This document shows positions 27,126 to 39,640 of a stretch of 64,000 nucleotides of DNA, piece by piece; the stretch's first letter is position 1, and each line of letters opens with the position of its first letter. The notes beneath the pieces were generated by a model. It made no database searches and had not been told where the DNA came from. It worked only from the letters and a program-made list of their open reading frames with translations. A program made the position numbers and the translations under genes. This stretch comes from Chiloscyllium plagiosum (lineage: Eukaryota). Location: positions 19,477,366 to 19,541,365 of the forward strand of contig NC_057750.1 in assembly GCF_004010195.1 (NCBI RefSeq), given 5' to 3'.

Positions 27126-28578
27126 CTCGTGACTCACTAATTTGATTTAGTTTTTCAATGAAGTGACAAAGAAGACTGATGAAGGCACAGCGATGGCCAT
27201 TGTCTTTTATGAACTGCAGCAAAGTTCCACACGGTAGATTGGTTAGCAAGGTTAGATCACATTTGAATACGGACAGCTAGCCATTTGGATTCAAAATTGA
27301 CTTGAAGGTAGAGACAGAGTGTGATGGTGGAGGATTGTTTTTTTGGGTTGGAGGCCTGTGACCAGCGGTGTACCACAAGGTTCGGTTGAGTCCACTGCTT
27401 TTTGTCACCTATATGAATGATTTGAATGTGAATATAGGGCAAGTGGTTAGTCATTTTACAGATGACATCAAGATTGGAGGTGTAGTGGACACTGATGAAG
27501 GTTACCTCGACTACAATGGGTCTTTGATCAGATAGGTTGATGAGCCAAGGAGTGGCAGATAGAGTTTAATTTAGATAACTGTGAGGTGCTACATTTTGGA
27601 AAGGTAAATCAGGGCAAGACTTATACACTTAATGGTAGGATCCTGGGGAGTGTTGCCAAACAAAGAGACCTTGCGGTGCAGGTTCATAGTTCCTTGAAGG
27701 TGGAGTCACAGGTATATAGGGTAGTGAAGAAAGTGTTTGGTACACTTGCCTTTATCAGTCAGTACGTTGAGTGTAGAAGTTGGGACGTTATGCTGCGGCC
27801 AAACAGGACATTGGTTACAGCACTTTTGGAATTATAGTCTCCCTGTTCTGGCAAAGATGTTAAATTTGGGAAGGTTCAGAAAAGGTTTACAAAGATGTTA
27901 CCAGAATTAGAGGGTTTGAGCTCTGGGGAGAGGCTGAATACACAGCGGCTATTTTCCCTAGAGCGTTGGAGGCTGAGGGGTGACCTTATAGAGGTTTACA
28001 AAATCATGAAGGGCATGGAAAGGGTAAATAGAGAAGGTATTTTCCCTGGGGTGGGAGAGGCCAGAACTAGAAGGCATAGGTTTCAGGTGAGAGGGAAAGA
28101 ATTAAAAGGGACTTGGGCAACTTCTTCACGCAGATGGTGATCTGTGTATGGAATGGGTTGCCAGAGGACCTGGTGGAGGCTGGTATAATTACAGCATTTA
28201 AAAGGCATCTTCATGGGTACATGAATAGGAAGGGTTTAGATGGAAATGGGCCAAATGCTGGCAAATGGGACTAGATTAATTTGGGATATCCGGTTAGCAT
28301 GGGCGAGTTGGACTGAAGGGTCTGTATCCAACCTGTACACATCGGACTCTACAATTAAAAGTAACTATTTATTAAAAAAAAAAATTAAGCTTCAAAGTAG
28401 AAAAGCACTGAACTCTGATGGCATACATTTTATGACAATGAGGGATATGTTTTGAAAGAAGAGACATCTTACACTTGATATGTTAACTTTGCTTCTTTCT
28501 CCACAATACTGCTGAATTTCTCCAGCACACATTTTTTGGTGTTAGCAAACACTGCCTTTTTTAAAAAAAAGTGATTAA

Positions 28579-28785
28579 TTCATTCACTCACCCGATGTGG
28601 GCATCAGTGTCTAGACCACCATTAATTGCCCATCCTAGTTGCTTTGAGAAGGTGATGGTGAGCTGCTTTCTTGAACCATCACAGTCCATTTGGTGCAGGT
28701 AGCCGCACAATACTAATAGGGTTTGAGTTCCAGGATTTTCACCCAGTGACAATGAAGGAGCATCTGGCTTTAATATTTCCAGTCT
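28579..28785 (-). mobile_element. 3' tail of the 26430-type LINE
   Basis: Reverse complement matches 26930-27110. Confidence 0.75.
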
Positions 28786-28833
28786 GCTGTCATTTAATTT
28801 ATCATATGGTTTTTCTTCTTTCTCCAAATACAG

Positions 28834-28955
28834 GGGTCTGCCTACAGAATCATGAGAATGAAGGCTTTCCATCACCAGTGGTCATCCTTCCATTCATGAA
28901 ACATGGGGATCTCCACAGCTTCCTCCTGTACTCTCGACTGGGAGAGAGCCCTGTG
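28834..28955 (+). CDS. AXL: AXL exon: [40 protein letters not shown]
   Basis: pyrimidine tract plus cag, gtaagt donor; 122 nt; hinge region; contained in ORF 28671..28988. Confidence 0.96.
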
Positions 28956-29281
28956 GTAAGTTCATGCCACAATCTTAGGGATCTGTAAGGCATCCAATCT
29001 TGGTAAATGATCATTGGTGCTGGTGGGTTTGATGAGAGAGCACTCAGTCCCTCCTGCTCAATTGATAGGGGTGAACAAATCTTCAAAATTCAAACAGAGA
29101 TACAGTTAAGGTTGAGTTCATTGATGTTTGATATGTTGGATATTCAATGACAAGGGTCTGGCAAAGGGGCGTTATGAAGTGAATCATGTGATGGCATGAA
29201 CCATGGTGTCAAGAAAGCAGCTCACCACTCATAATTAGGGACAGACAATAAATGTTGGCCCAGGCAGTGATACTCTTATCC

Positions 29282-30270
29282 TGTTATGGACCGGACCAGA
29301 CCAGACTCCCTAAAAATATATGAAGAAGATAGTCTTGACTCTAAATTTTTCTTATTTTAAATGTAACTGTAAGGTGTTATGTTCTGGATGCAATACAATT
29401 GGTCAAACTGTTGAAGCAAGACATCTTTTATTCATACGCTATAATTAAAATACAGAAATAATAAAAATAAAGAAAAGAATTGGCTTAACTGTAACTATCA
29501 AAATACTTAATAATATATATATTAATTACAACTAATTAACTGTTCTAATACAGTAACATCCCATAAGCACTCCTTTGGTAAATGCAAATTCAGTAAAATA
29601 GATTGTCTGACATGCGATTCTAGCAATAGAAAGAGAATCCTAGATTTTAGCTGTAACAGAAAGAGGAATGAGAGCTTTCACATCCAGCCTCAAGACCTCA
29701 GCTCCTGCAAAAATCTCAAACTAAAACTCGTGGTTCTGTGGGAGCTTGATCTCACCCATTCAGGCTGCTTCTTTGTTCCAACTTTTTTTAAAAACCCAAG
29801 GCCTCACAAGCTGTTTACTTTAAATGGCTTTGAGTGGACTGCTCAGTACCTCTGTCTCAACCTTTCTTTACTAAAAAAAAGGCAAAATACATCTCTTAAA
29901 GCCTCTCTCAATAAATTTATGAGTTTCCCTTTCAACTTCCAGCATTCCGAATGAATGTGTCTCTTGTTATAATTGGAACACTTTGGCTTCTGATTTTCAC
30001 CTACCCCACAGTACTTTGCTTTCTGATTTGTGGAGGAAACCTCAGGGGCATTCTCAGCTATCTAGTCTTAGTCTTGGCTACTTGCCTTTCTTCCACTTCG
30101 TACCTTTTTTGAATTTATGAGGGTAATGGAATAAAATTTAGTTTTATGGATTATTGCTATTATTGCTACTGGTCCACATCATGGGTTCTTTATTACAGAA
30201 ATTAGTGAATTTTTAAATTCCTCGAAGAACTTTTCATAAATGATTTCACCTTCATTACTTTCATCCACCC
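29282..30270 (-). mobile_element. Gypsy-type LTR (about 29282-29905) with adjacent decayed gag
   Basis: Terminal 13 nt are the exact reverse complement of 46888-46900; minus strand KPKCSNYNKRHIHSECWKLKGK (decayed CCHC knuckle) and EEFKNSL; may extend to about 32300. Confidence 0.6.
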
Positions 30271-32329
30271 GTCAAAATTACTTCGCTTAACCCTTTTGAA
30301 TTCAATGTAAGTTTGTCCTGGCTGCTTCCTTCAATTGAGATATATGCATCAAGCACTAACTCTGATGCAGCCAACATAGTTTCGGCACTGTAGGAGCATA
30401 ACCCCTGAACAGGGACAAAGACTCAGGAGGGAGGCAGGATTCAGGCACATGGCAGACTTCACTCCTATTCAAGCAATAATCTGGTAATGTAGGGAGAGGG
30501 CCAAATTTCTTCCCCAAATTTGGTCTTGACATGAGAACCTAGTCATTCTCTTAATCTTCAGCTCAGATCAGAAGCGAAATCAATGACGTTCTAGTTTTTA
30601 CAGTGAAATACAGCATTTATGTTACAATAATCACATGCAATGTGTTGACTGTGTCCTTCCCCTTATTCTATACATGCAATCCTATGATACAAGTAATCAA
30701 TATTGGGCATTCCTATGGGCAGGCCCAGGTTCCCATGATCTCATGGTGTTTAGCAGACATTGTAATCACCAGTCTTGGACTGTTTCTATGTATTCTATTA
30801 ATTTACATTCCAAGATCACTCCTTCGTACTTGTCACAGACTTGCTTTTCTCTAAGGACTGCTTGAATTCTGTTGACCCTTGTATTGCTTTGCTATCTCTT
30901 TCAAATTCTGTTACTCCTCTCATATTTTCCATTGTCCCAGTTATAAGTATAAAAAATAAAAAAGACTGTTGGTTCTAACTAACTGCTATAAGATTCGGTG
31001 TTAATTCTTGTTATAAAGTTAGTTGTATGTAAAGTTTGACAGCTACTCCTGTTTTAAGCACTCTTTAACTAAAAAGTTGCGAACAAGTCATTGCATACAA
31101 GGTGTGCCAAGCATGTTTTTAGAGATAACGAAAGTGTTTCTCAAGTCTAGTTAAATTTCACATCTATGTTTGTATGTTTTCCCCTAACTCTTCTATTATA
31201 CTCTGATTATAAATGTGTATCTATAATTACATTGAAATTTATCTCTGTGATTACCTGAAAAATCTTTAACTAGAACCTATTTCTTAATATTGTGAATAGA
31301 TTCAATGCAACAACTGATTACTACAAAATAATTTTAGCTGTTTTCACAGCTACACAATAATTGAGACTGACTATGTCATGGACTGAGGTTTACACCCCTT
31401 ATAGTAATTGGTGCTGTTGACTTAATTTATGAGACAAGATTCTTTCATTAGTGAGGTTGGAATCAATCACATGTCATAGTGTAATAAACTCATGTCGATC
31501 CTTAGACATCTTCTTATTGAACTGTTGTTGATGTCTGTTTGTGTAGGGGCTCCCATTCACCCTGGAATAGCCCTGTTCAAAGGTACCATGATGTTTCACT
31601 TAATGCTGGAGCAGGCTGTTTAATTGTCTATGCCTTATCAGCCATTTTATGTCTTTCAAATGTGGGCAGCCCTTACAGTCACTAATGCTGGAAAATTTCC
31701 TCTGCCTCAAATTTCCTGAACTTTACCTGTCAATCTACACTGCCCATTCACCTTTTGCCCAGTTAAGTTGTCGAGCCATTTCCTCAAATGACATGTTTCC
31801 ATATCGCTGTCCTCAAATTTTGGTTGGGACTGTGCAAATTTAAATATTTCTTTGAACATTGAGTTACATGGCTCAGATTATCCCCACCAAACTCAGCATC
31901 TTGATGTCTAATCTTTCAATTGTGCTACTTTTAGTAACTATTCATGTTCTCTCTCATCTTTCCCTTTGCAATTTGCATTATAATTTTCTCATTTCCATTT
32001 TGGGCTTTATATTTCCATTTCTTGCTTTCTTAATCCTAACTCTCTTTCCTTATCTTTTTCTGCCATCTCTGGTTCCTTCACTGTCTCCTCATGCTCCAGC
32101 CACTTCAATGGTAACCGATCCTGACATTTCACTACTTGAAGTGCTTGACCATTATTGTACTTCCTTTAAGTCCGAGAGTTGTGCCAGTGCTTCAATTATC
32201 TCTAACGTTTTAACTCTGTCAGGCAATGCTATCCACCAGTTTGTCAACCAAATAATCAATGTTGGTTTTGCTGTTTCCAGTGCCTTAAGCCCCAGGGCCC
32301 AATAGTAACAACCCCAGGTTATTGAGAGA

Positions 32330-32683
32330 GGCAAGAGAGCAGATTGCTGAGGCCTTGACCTAGATCTTTGTATGCTCAGTAGCTACTGGTGAGTTCCTGG
32401 AGGACTGGCGCGTAGCTAACATTATTCCTCTGTTCAAGAAGGGGAAATAGGGATAATCCAGGAAACTATAGATGGGTGGTTTTCACACTGGTGGTTGGGA
32501 AACTATTGGCGAGATTTTTAGGATAAAATTTATGTGCGCTTGGAAAAGCAGAGCCAAGTTGGAACAGTCGGCATGGCTTTGTGCAGGGCAGGTTATTAAC
32601 TTATTAACTTGACTGAATTTTTCAAGGAGGTGGCAAAAGTGATCAATGAAGGTAGAGCAGTGGATGTTGTCTACATGGATCTT
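32330..32683 (+). mobile_element. CR1 RT fragment
   Basis: PGGLARS/DW..ANI.PLFKKG region and VDVVYMD. Confidence 0.8.
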
Positions 32684-32800
32684 AGGAGCAGCGTTCTGAA
32701 AGTTTGTGATTTCAAATAAACCTACTGGACTGTAACCTGGTGTCATGTGACTTCTGACCTTGTCCACCCCAGTCCAACAACAGCAACTCCACATCATGGC
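32684..32800 (+). mobile_element. PLE pLTR remnant with tail (34738 family)
   Basis: Reverse complement of 34740-34850-like sequence; begins at hammerhead stem II. Confidence 0.75.
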
Positions 32801-32802
32801 TA

Positions 32803-32955
32803 CAGGTGCGATTCCACTCTCAGGCAACTGTCTATGTGGAGTTTGCACATTCTACCGATGTCTCTGTAGGTTTCCTCCAGATGCTCCGGTTTCCTCCCAT
32901 GGTCCAAAGATGCGCAGGCTAGGTGGATTACCCAGGGGAAATGCAGGGTTATAAG
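32803..32955 (+). mobile_element. HE1-type SINE fragment
   Basis: V-domain gtggagtttgcacattct. Confidence 0.8.
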
Positions 32956-33356
32956 GTTTGCCGTCTTTAGCGGCAAGAACGTTATTGTATTGTGGGCATG
33001 ACTTAGTGCCAAAACTTTTGAAAAGAGTCAATTAACAAATCTGTACAGCAGTTTAAGGAACATAATATATATCGAGAGGATAAACAATGATGTGTCCATC
33101 CTCTATCCCTGTATTTAACTTGTTTCCTCACATGATTAATGTCCATATGCTCTGAGCTTGTTGATATTTAACAGTTCGGATTTCCACTGAGCAGCAAAGT
33201 GAGAACTAATAGGGCCATCTAAAGTTAGACCTTGAGTCACTGCTCACATCCCTGGTATTTCCAAAGATTTGGGTGATAAAATCCAGCTGGTTAGAGACTG
33301 AAATTTTCTCCCTTTGAATGGGAGTGGCAGGTTAAAGGAGAAGGGTTCCAATAGAA

Positions 33357-33960
33357 TTCAAAGTTTGTGAGAAGATTTGTAGCTCAGGTGCTCATTGTTG
33401 TTGTTCTGTTTGCCATGCTGGGAATTTGTGTTGCAGACGTTTCATCCCCTGTCTAGGTGACATCCTCAGTGCTTGGGAGCCTCCTGTGAAGCGCTTCTGT
33501 GATGTTTCCTCCGGCATTTATAGTGGTTTGAATCTGCCGCTTCCGGTTGTCAGTTCCAGCTGTCCGTTGCAGTGGTCGGTATATTGGGTCCAGGTCGATG
33601 TGCTTATTGATTGAATCTGTGGATGAGTGCCATGCCTCTAGGAATTCCCTGGCTGTTCTCTGTTTGGCTTGTCCTATAATAGTAGTGTTGTCCCAGTTGA
33701 ATTCATGTTGCTTGTCATCTGCGTGTGTGGCTACTAAGGATAGCTGGTTGTGTCGTTTCATGGCTAGTTGGTGTTCATGGATGCGGATCGTTAGCTGTCT
33801 TCCTGTTTGTCCTATGTAGTGTTTTGTGCAGTCCTTGCATGGGATTTTGTACACTACATTGGTTTTGCTCATGCTGGGTATCGGGCCCTTCGTTCTGGTG
33901 AGTTGTTGTCTGATAGTGGCTGTTGGTTTGTCTGCTGTTATGAGTCCTAGTGGTCGCAGT
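33357..33960 (-). mobile_element. Penelope-like element (Penelope/Poseidon-type), 5'-truncated, open GIY-YIG endonuclease frame
   Basis: ORF 33453..33989: NVVYKIPCKDCTKHYIGQTGRQLTIRIHEH...AREFLEAWH...IN. Confidence 0.92.
33433..33472 (-). ncRNA. Minimal type-I hammerhead ribozyme motif (PLE)
   Basis: GCA-CTGAGGA-T-GTCACC-TAGACA-GGGGAT-GAAA-CGTC-TGC: core intact, 3-bp stem I, palindromic ACGT stem III, GUC site. Confidence 0.75.
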
Positions 33961-33994
33961 AGAATTGGAAATTTGGACATCTCAGTCATTAGAA

Positions 33995-34235
33995 GAGAAC
34001 TGTCAGGACAGTTCTGTGGAGAAATTCCTTCCCCCAGAGAGTGGTGAGCCTGTGGAATTCTCTGCTTTACTGGGTGATTGAGGGAAAATCATTGAATTTT
34101 CTCAAATAGGAGTTAATTTATGGCTTAAGGCATCAAAGGGGATGGGAGATGGTGGGAACTGAGTGCTGAGTCAGGTGATCAAAGAAGGCCAGAAGGATTG
34201 AATGGCCCACAGTTGCTCCTATTTTCTATGATACT
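33995..34235 (+). mobile_element. CR1 3' fragment
   Basis: cagagagtggtgagcctgtggaattctct; ttctatg tail. Confidence 0.7.
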
Positions 34236-34737
34236 GTACACTAAATGAGGAACGGGATGCCTGCTTACCCTCTCAGTTGTTGCAGTCATTCTTTCTGTAA
34301 CCTTCCCCTCCCATTTTGTGCTGTACTCTCCTCCACCGCTTCCATTAACCTGTCCACTCTTGCACATTCTGCACACACTCCCTTTTGCTTTACCCCACAT
34401 ATGCTCACACTTACACTCTCTCACTCTCATGCGCTATCACACACATACATTCTTTCACACACACTCTCCCCTTGCTTGTGACACTCAGTACAGTGCAATA
34501 GACTACTGCCCTTTTGATTCTTTGCTGTAATACCCAGTCAGCATTAGTGTGCCTGGATGATACGCAAACGATGGGTCATAATGTTCCAGCCCTCCCACCT
34601 CAACTTTCTAATCAGAGTGAGATCCACTATGTTGAGGAAAGATTTGAAACATCAGATTTTCCCTCTCCTAATCTTGGGACCCCACGGTCCAAGTTACCCA
34701 ATCCTCCCTGAGTATTCTGGCTAACTCAGCAATGATA

Positions 34738-35130
34738 TGATTTGAAGTTGCCGGTGTTGGACTGGGGTGTACAAAGTTAAAAATCACACAACACCAGGTT
34801 ATAGTCCAACAGGTTTAATTGGAAGCACACTAGCTTTCGTAGCAACGCTCCTTCATCAGGTGGTAGTGGAGGGCTCAATCCTAACACACAGAATTTATAG
34901 CAAAAATTTACAGTGTGATGTAACTGAAATTATACATTGAAAAATTGATTGTCTGTTAAGCCTTTCATCTGTTAGAATACAGTGATAGTTTCACTTCTTT
35001 CAACAGATGAAAGGCTTAACAGACAATCAATTTTTCAATGTATAATTTCAGTTACATCACACATCTGAAAGCTAGTGTGCTTCCAATTAAACCTGTTGGA
35101 CTATAATCTGGTGTTGTGTGATTTTTAACT
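34738..35130 (-). mobile_element. Fold-back PLE pLTR cassette with two pairs of inverted arms
   Basis: Arms 34775-34838/35067-35130 (63/64) and 34913-34973/35002-35062 (61/61); direct repeat taactcagcaatgata at 34722 and 35126. Confidence 0.88.
34828..34862 (-). ncRNA. Minimal type-I hammerhead ribozyme motif (PLE)
   Basis: CAC-CTGATGA-A-GGAGC-GTT-GCTAC-GAAA-GCTA-GTG: core intact, one stem II mismatch, palindromic AGCT stem III, CUA site. Confidence 0.75.
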
Positions 35131-35302
35131 CAGCAATGATAGGGAAGCATTTCCTATTCTGTGTTAGGTGTCTTACATAAGAAAAGTGGCAATGCTTCAT
35201 TGGATGACAAATGCTTTGGTATATCAGGATACTGTCCTCTATACATGACTTTGGCTCTTTCACCATCTCATATTTCTGTGCAATGTTGATTCTCTCTTCT
35301 AG

Positions 35303-35412
35303 TACCTCCCGATGCAGACACTGGTAAAATTCATGACTGACATTGCTCGGGGAATGGAGTATCTCAGCAACAAGAACTTCATCCACCGGGACCTGGCTGC
35401 CCGCAACTGCAT
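35303..35412 (+). CDS. AXL: AXL exon: [36 protein letters not shown](M)
   Basis: ttctag acceptor, gtgagt donor; 110 nt; HRDLAARN catalytic loop. Confidence 0.96.
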
Positions 35413-35611
35413 GTGAGTCTATTGGGATTTGTCACCTTTTCTGGTATCATGTATCTCACTTGACTTGTACATCAGAGCTTCTTAGGTACAAACTGTTTGA
35501 TTCCAAAAGTGCCATCTCCAAACTTGCCTTTCACCCAGTGTTCATGTTTAACCTGTAAGAGTCACTGGATAGGAAAAATAGCTAATATACCTTTTTTAAA
35601 CCCAGCAACAT

Positions 35612-36170
35612 GGAAAACATAGAACAGTACGGGACAGGAACTGGCCTTTTGACCAACCAAGATTTCATTCCAAACTGTTCCCATCTGCCTGCACAGGGTC
35701 CATATCCCTCTATTCCCGGTCTGTTCATGTGCGTGTCTAAATGTTCTTAAACTTTGCTAATGTATCTGCTTCTATCACCTCCTTTGAGAACACATTCCAG
35801 GTACCTATCACCCTCTATGTGAAGAAATTTTTTTTTTTTTTACACATCTCCTTTAAACTTTTCCCCCCACTCACCTTAAACCTATGCCCCTGAGTATTTG
35901 ACATTTGCACCCTGGGAAAAAGATTCCAACTATCCACCCTATCAATATTGCTCATAATTTTATATACTCCTATCAGCCTTCGGCGTACTAGCAAAAGCAA
36001 TCCAAGTTTGTCCAATTTCTCCTTATATCTAATTCGCTCCAATCCACGTAACATTCAGTAAACCTCTTTTGTACCCTCTCTGAAACTTCTTCACCCTTCC
36101 TTATTGTGTGGAGAAAAGAGCTGCACACAATACTCCAAAATGTGGCTGACTGAAGTCTTATGCTGCCAAC
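35612..36170 (-). mobile_element. CR1 3' fragment
   Basis: ORF 35815..36054 KEKLDKLGL...GVYKIM. Confidence 0.85.
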
Positions 36171-36432
36171 ATCGATGATGTTTAAAGAAAGTAATATTCT
36201 GACATTATCTGGTCTGTCCTATGTGTACATCCAGACCCACAATGTGGTTCACTCTTAAATGCCCTCTGAAATGGCTGAACAAGCCTCTCTGTTACATCAA
36301 AATGTAAAGGGAAATTCAATTGGCAAGAAATCGATAAAACACTTAGCATTGGCTGAGGCACTAGAATTGACAAGGGCACAAACAGTCCACTTTGACCCTG
36401 CAAAGGTCTCCTTACAGCTTGTGTCATAATTA

Positions 36433-37161
36433 TAACAAAAAGATGGGGTACTGGGCTAATGGTTGGATACTTGGTAGTGTGGATGAGCAGAGGGATCTTG
36501 GTGTCCATGTACACAGATCTTTGAAAGTTGCCACCCAGGTAAATAGTGCGGTGAAGAAGGCATATGGCGTACTGGCTTTTATTGGTAGAGGAATTGAGTT
36601 CCGGAGCCCTGAGGTCATGTTGCAGTTGTATAAGACTCTGGTGCGGCCGGATCTGGAGTATTGTGTGCAGTTTTGGTCGCCATACTATAGGCAGGATGTG
36701 GAGGCACTGGAACGGGTGCAGAGGAGGTTTACCAGGATGTTGCCTGGTATGGTAGGAAGATCGTATGAGGAAAGGCTGAGGCACTTGGGGTTGTTTTCAT
36801 TGGAGAAAAGAAGGTTTAGGGGTGACTTGATAGAGGTGTACAAGATGATTAGGGGTTTAGATAGGGTTGACCGTGAGAACCTTTTTCCACGTATGGAGTC
36901 AGCTATTATGAGGGGGCATAGCTTTAAATTAAGGGGTGGTAGGTATAGGTATAGGACAGATGTTAGGGGTAGGTTCTTTACTCAGCGAGTCGTGAGTTCA
37001 TGGAATGCCCTGCCAGTAGCAGTGGTGGACTCTCCCTCTTTATGGGGATTTAAGTGGGCATTGGACAGGATAGTGGGCTAGTGTAGGTTAGGTGGGCTTG
37101 GATCGGCGCAACATCAAGGGCCAAAGGGCCTGTACTGCGCTGTATTCTTCTATGTTCTATG
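36433..37161 (+). mobile_element. Young CR1 3' fragment with uninterrupted ORF2 C-terminal frame
   Basis: ORF 36392..37081 QRDLGVHVH...LEYCVQFWSP...; ttctatgttctatg tail. Confidence 0.93.
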
Positions 37162-37284
37162 GGAGAGATGCCCAACAGACAAGTCAAGCCACATAGTCGC
37201 ACTCATGAAATCATGGCGAGGGGCAAATGGGACCACAGTGCAAAGAGAAATTAAGATAATTAAAAATAATAAAATGGCAAGCCT

Positions 37285-39060
37285 TAGAAACTTTCTATCT
37301 TAATGCACAAAACTTTTGGAATAAGAAGGAACAGTGAAAATTGATGTAAATAGATATGATTTCATAGCCATTATGGAAACATGGTTAACAGGAGATCAAA
37401 TCTGGAAACTTAACATTTCGGGATATTAAACCTTTTAGAAAGACAGGAGGGGAGAAGCTTTGTTAATGAGAGATGAAATGTGGACAGTTGAGAGAGATAA
37501 TACAGATTCAGATGATGCAGACTCCATTTGGGCAGGAGTAAGTCATAGCAAAGGAAAGAAGACACTGTTAGAAGTAAGGTATACTCTCCAAACAGTAGCC
37601 ACACTGTGGGAAAGGGTGTAAAATAACAATTAATAGGAGTATGTAAAAGGAATATTGCAATAATTATGGGTGGCTTTAATCTGCATGTTGATTGAGTCAA
37701 TCAAGTTGCAAAGGATAGCTATGTCGATGAATTTGTAGAGTGCAATTTGTAAGGTTAGTTTCCTAGAGTAATATACCATGAAGCCAAGCAGGGAACAGTC
37801 AATCCTGGGTCTGGTAAAAGGTAATAAAGCAAGCTTAATAAATGATCTCTGAGTAGAAGATCCCTGAGGAAGTAGCGATCATAACATATTACAATTTAGT
37901 ATTCAATTTGAGTGGGAGAAACTTGGGTCAGAAGTAACTGTGTTTAACTTAAGTAAAGAGAATCACAATAAAATGAGGATGGAATTATCCGAGGTGGATT
38001 GGGCAGAGAGATTAGCAGGAAAGACAATAAGCAAGCAGTAGCAGATATTTAAGGAGGTACTTCATGACTCATTAAAATATATATCTCAGTAAGAAGGAAA
38101 GACTTTAAGAGAGGGATAAATTAACTATGGCTAACCAAGGAAGTTCAGGAGCATATAAAGTTGGAAGAAAAATGACAAAAAGATCAGCAATTGCCCTGAA
38201 AACTGGGATAAATTTGGAATCCAGAAAAAGGAGAATTAAGAGGGTAATAAAGAGAGAGAAAATAAATTGGAGCCAAACTAGCAAGGAATGTAAAAACTGA
38301 CAATAAGAGTGTCTTTAAGTGTATGAAAAGGAAGAGAGAGGTCAAAGTGAAGCCCTTTAGAAATTAAATATACAGAGATAGCTATGGGGAACAAGGAAAT
38401 GGCTGAGGAGTTAAAACAGAAGGTAGCGCAGTGGCTCAGTGGTTAGCACTACTGCCTCACAGTGCTAGTGACCTGGGTTTGATTCCACCCTTGGGCGACT
38501 GTGTGTGGAGTTTGCACATTCTGCCCATGTCTGCGTGGGTTTCCTTCGGGTACTCCGGTTTCCTCCCACAGTCCAAAGATATGCACGTTAGATGGATTGG
38601 CCATGTTAAATAGCCTATAGTAACCAGGAATGTGTAGGTCAGCTCGATTAGCTGTGGGTGATGCAAGGTTACAAGTATAGGTTGGAGAGGGGGTGGGAGG
38701 TTCTTTGGATGGTCAGTGTAGGCTTGATGGGCTGAATGATGTGCTTCCACACTGTAAGGATTCTATTCTATTCTATGAGATATTTTGTATCAGTCCTTTT
38801 AGTGGAAGACACTTCAAACATCCCATTAATACTAACAAAGACATGGGAGAAATTAAGTACCATCACTATCAGTATTAGAAAAGTAATGAGGCTAAAGACT
38901 GGTAAGTCCCTGGTCTTGATAGTTTGCACCCTAGGATCCTAAAAGTAGCTACAGAGATAGTGGAGGCATTAGTATAATTTTTGGGTTCTGGAGAAGTACC
39001 ATGGAATGGAAAACAGCCAGTGTAACACCCCAAATCAAAACAGAGGGAGGCAAAAAGCCG
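37285..39060 (+). mobile_element. Old CR1 (APE to early RT) interrupted by HE1 SINE
   Basis: IAIMETWL, IIMGGFN and SDHN-like motifs. Confidence 0.75.
38421..38775 (+). mobile_element. HE1-type V-SINE
   Basis: A/B boxes, V-domain, (ttcta)n tail. Confidence 0.9.
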
Positions 39061-39064
39061 ATTA

Positions 39065-39640
39065 GTTTAGGTTAGAATTAGAGTTAGATTTTATTGTCAC
39101 GTGTACTCAAGAATAGGGATACAGGAATGCAATAAGTTGACATTCCAGGCTCCATCTTAAGTACAAAGGTACCTAACTACAAAATTTTAGGTACAATGTA
39201 GAAAAATAAGGAAACAAAGTTGACAATTCAATATGACAGTCCCTTCTTAAGTGCTGAGCCACGCTGAGCTCGCATTCCCTACAAGGATTCAACCTCCCCC
39301 GTGCTGACTCGCTCTCCACCACACCCTCTCACCGTCCCCCGTGCTAGCTCAATCACCTCCATACTCTCTCACTGTCCCCCATGCTGGCTCACTCTCTTGG
39401 TCTTCCCCATGCTGGGCTCAATTTCCACTGTGCTGCACCCAAGTGGACTTCCTCCCCCACAGCCACTGGGAAGAAATCTTACATTGTTTGACACCTCGAA
39501 GCCAACAGTCACCCACAGAGGGTCACTAGATTAATTAAGGAAACAAAACAGGGAAAGGACAAAAAAAATGTAAAAGTGGACAGAGTAGATGAGCTCTGGG
39601 CAGGAGCCCGCACGCTGCAGTGCTACTCCACTCCAATTTT
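39065..39640 (-). mobile_element. Non-coding retroposon of the 15277 family
   Basis: tttattgtcacgtgtactca...ccatcttaagtacaaag shared with 15310-15385; 5' boundary uncertain. Confidence 0.5.

Larger units (their letters stand above)
25235..28352 (+). mobile_element. HER1-like CR1 LINE interrupted by a SINE and by another LINE
   Basis: Colinear with 1030-3133 on both sides of the inserts. Confidence 0.88.

Noticed and set aside
31859..32305. 148-aa hydrophobic ORF resembling a membrane protein
   Set aside because: It arises from a T/C-rich strand, probably antisense to a decayed A-rich retroelement region; non-ATG start and no splice or homology support.
36182..36784. 200-aa minus-strand ORF
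   Set aside because: Antisense shadow of the young CR1 fragment.
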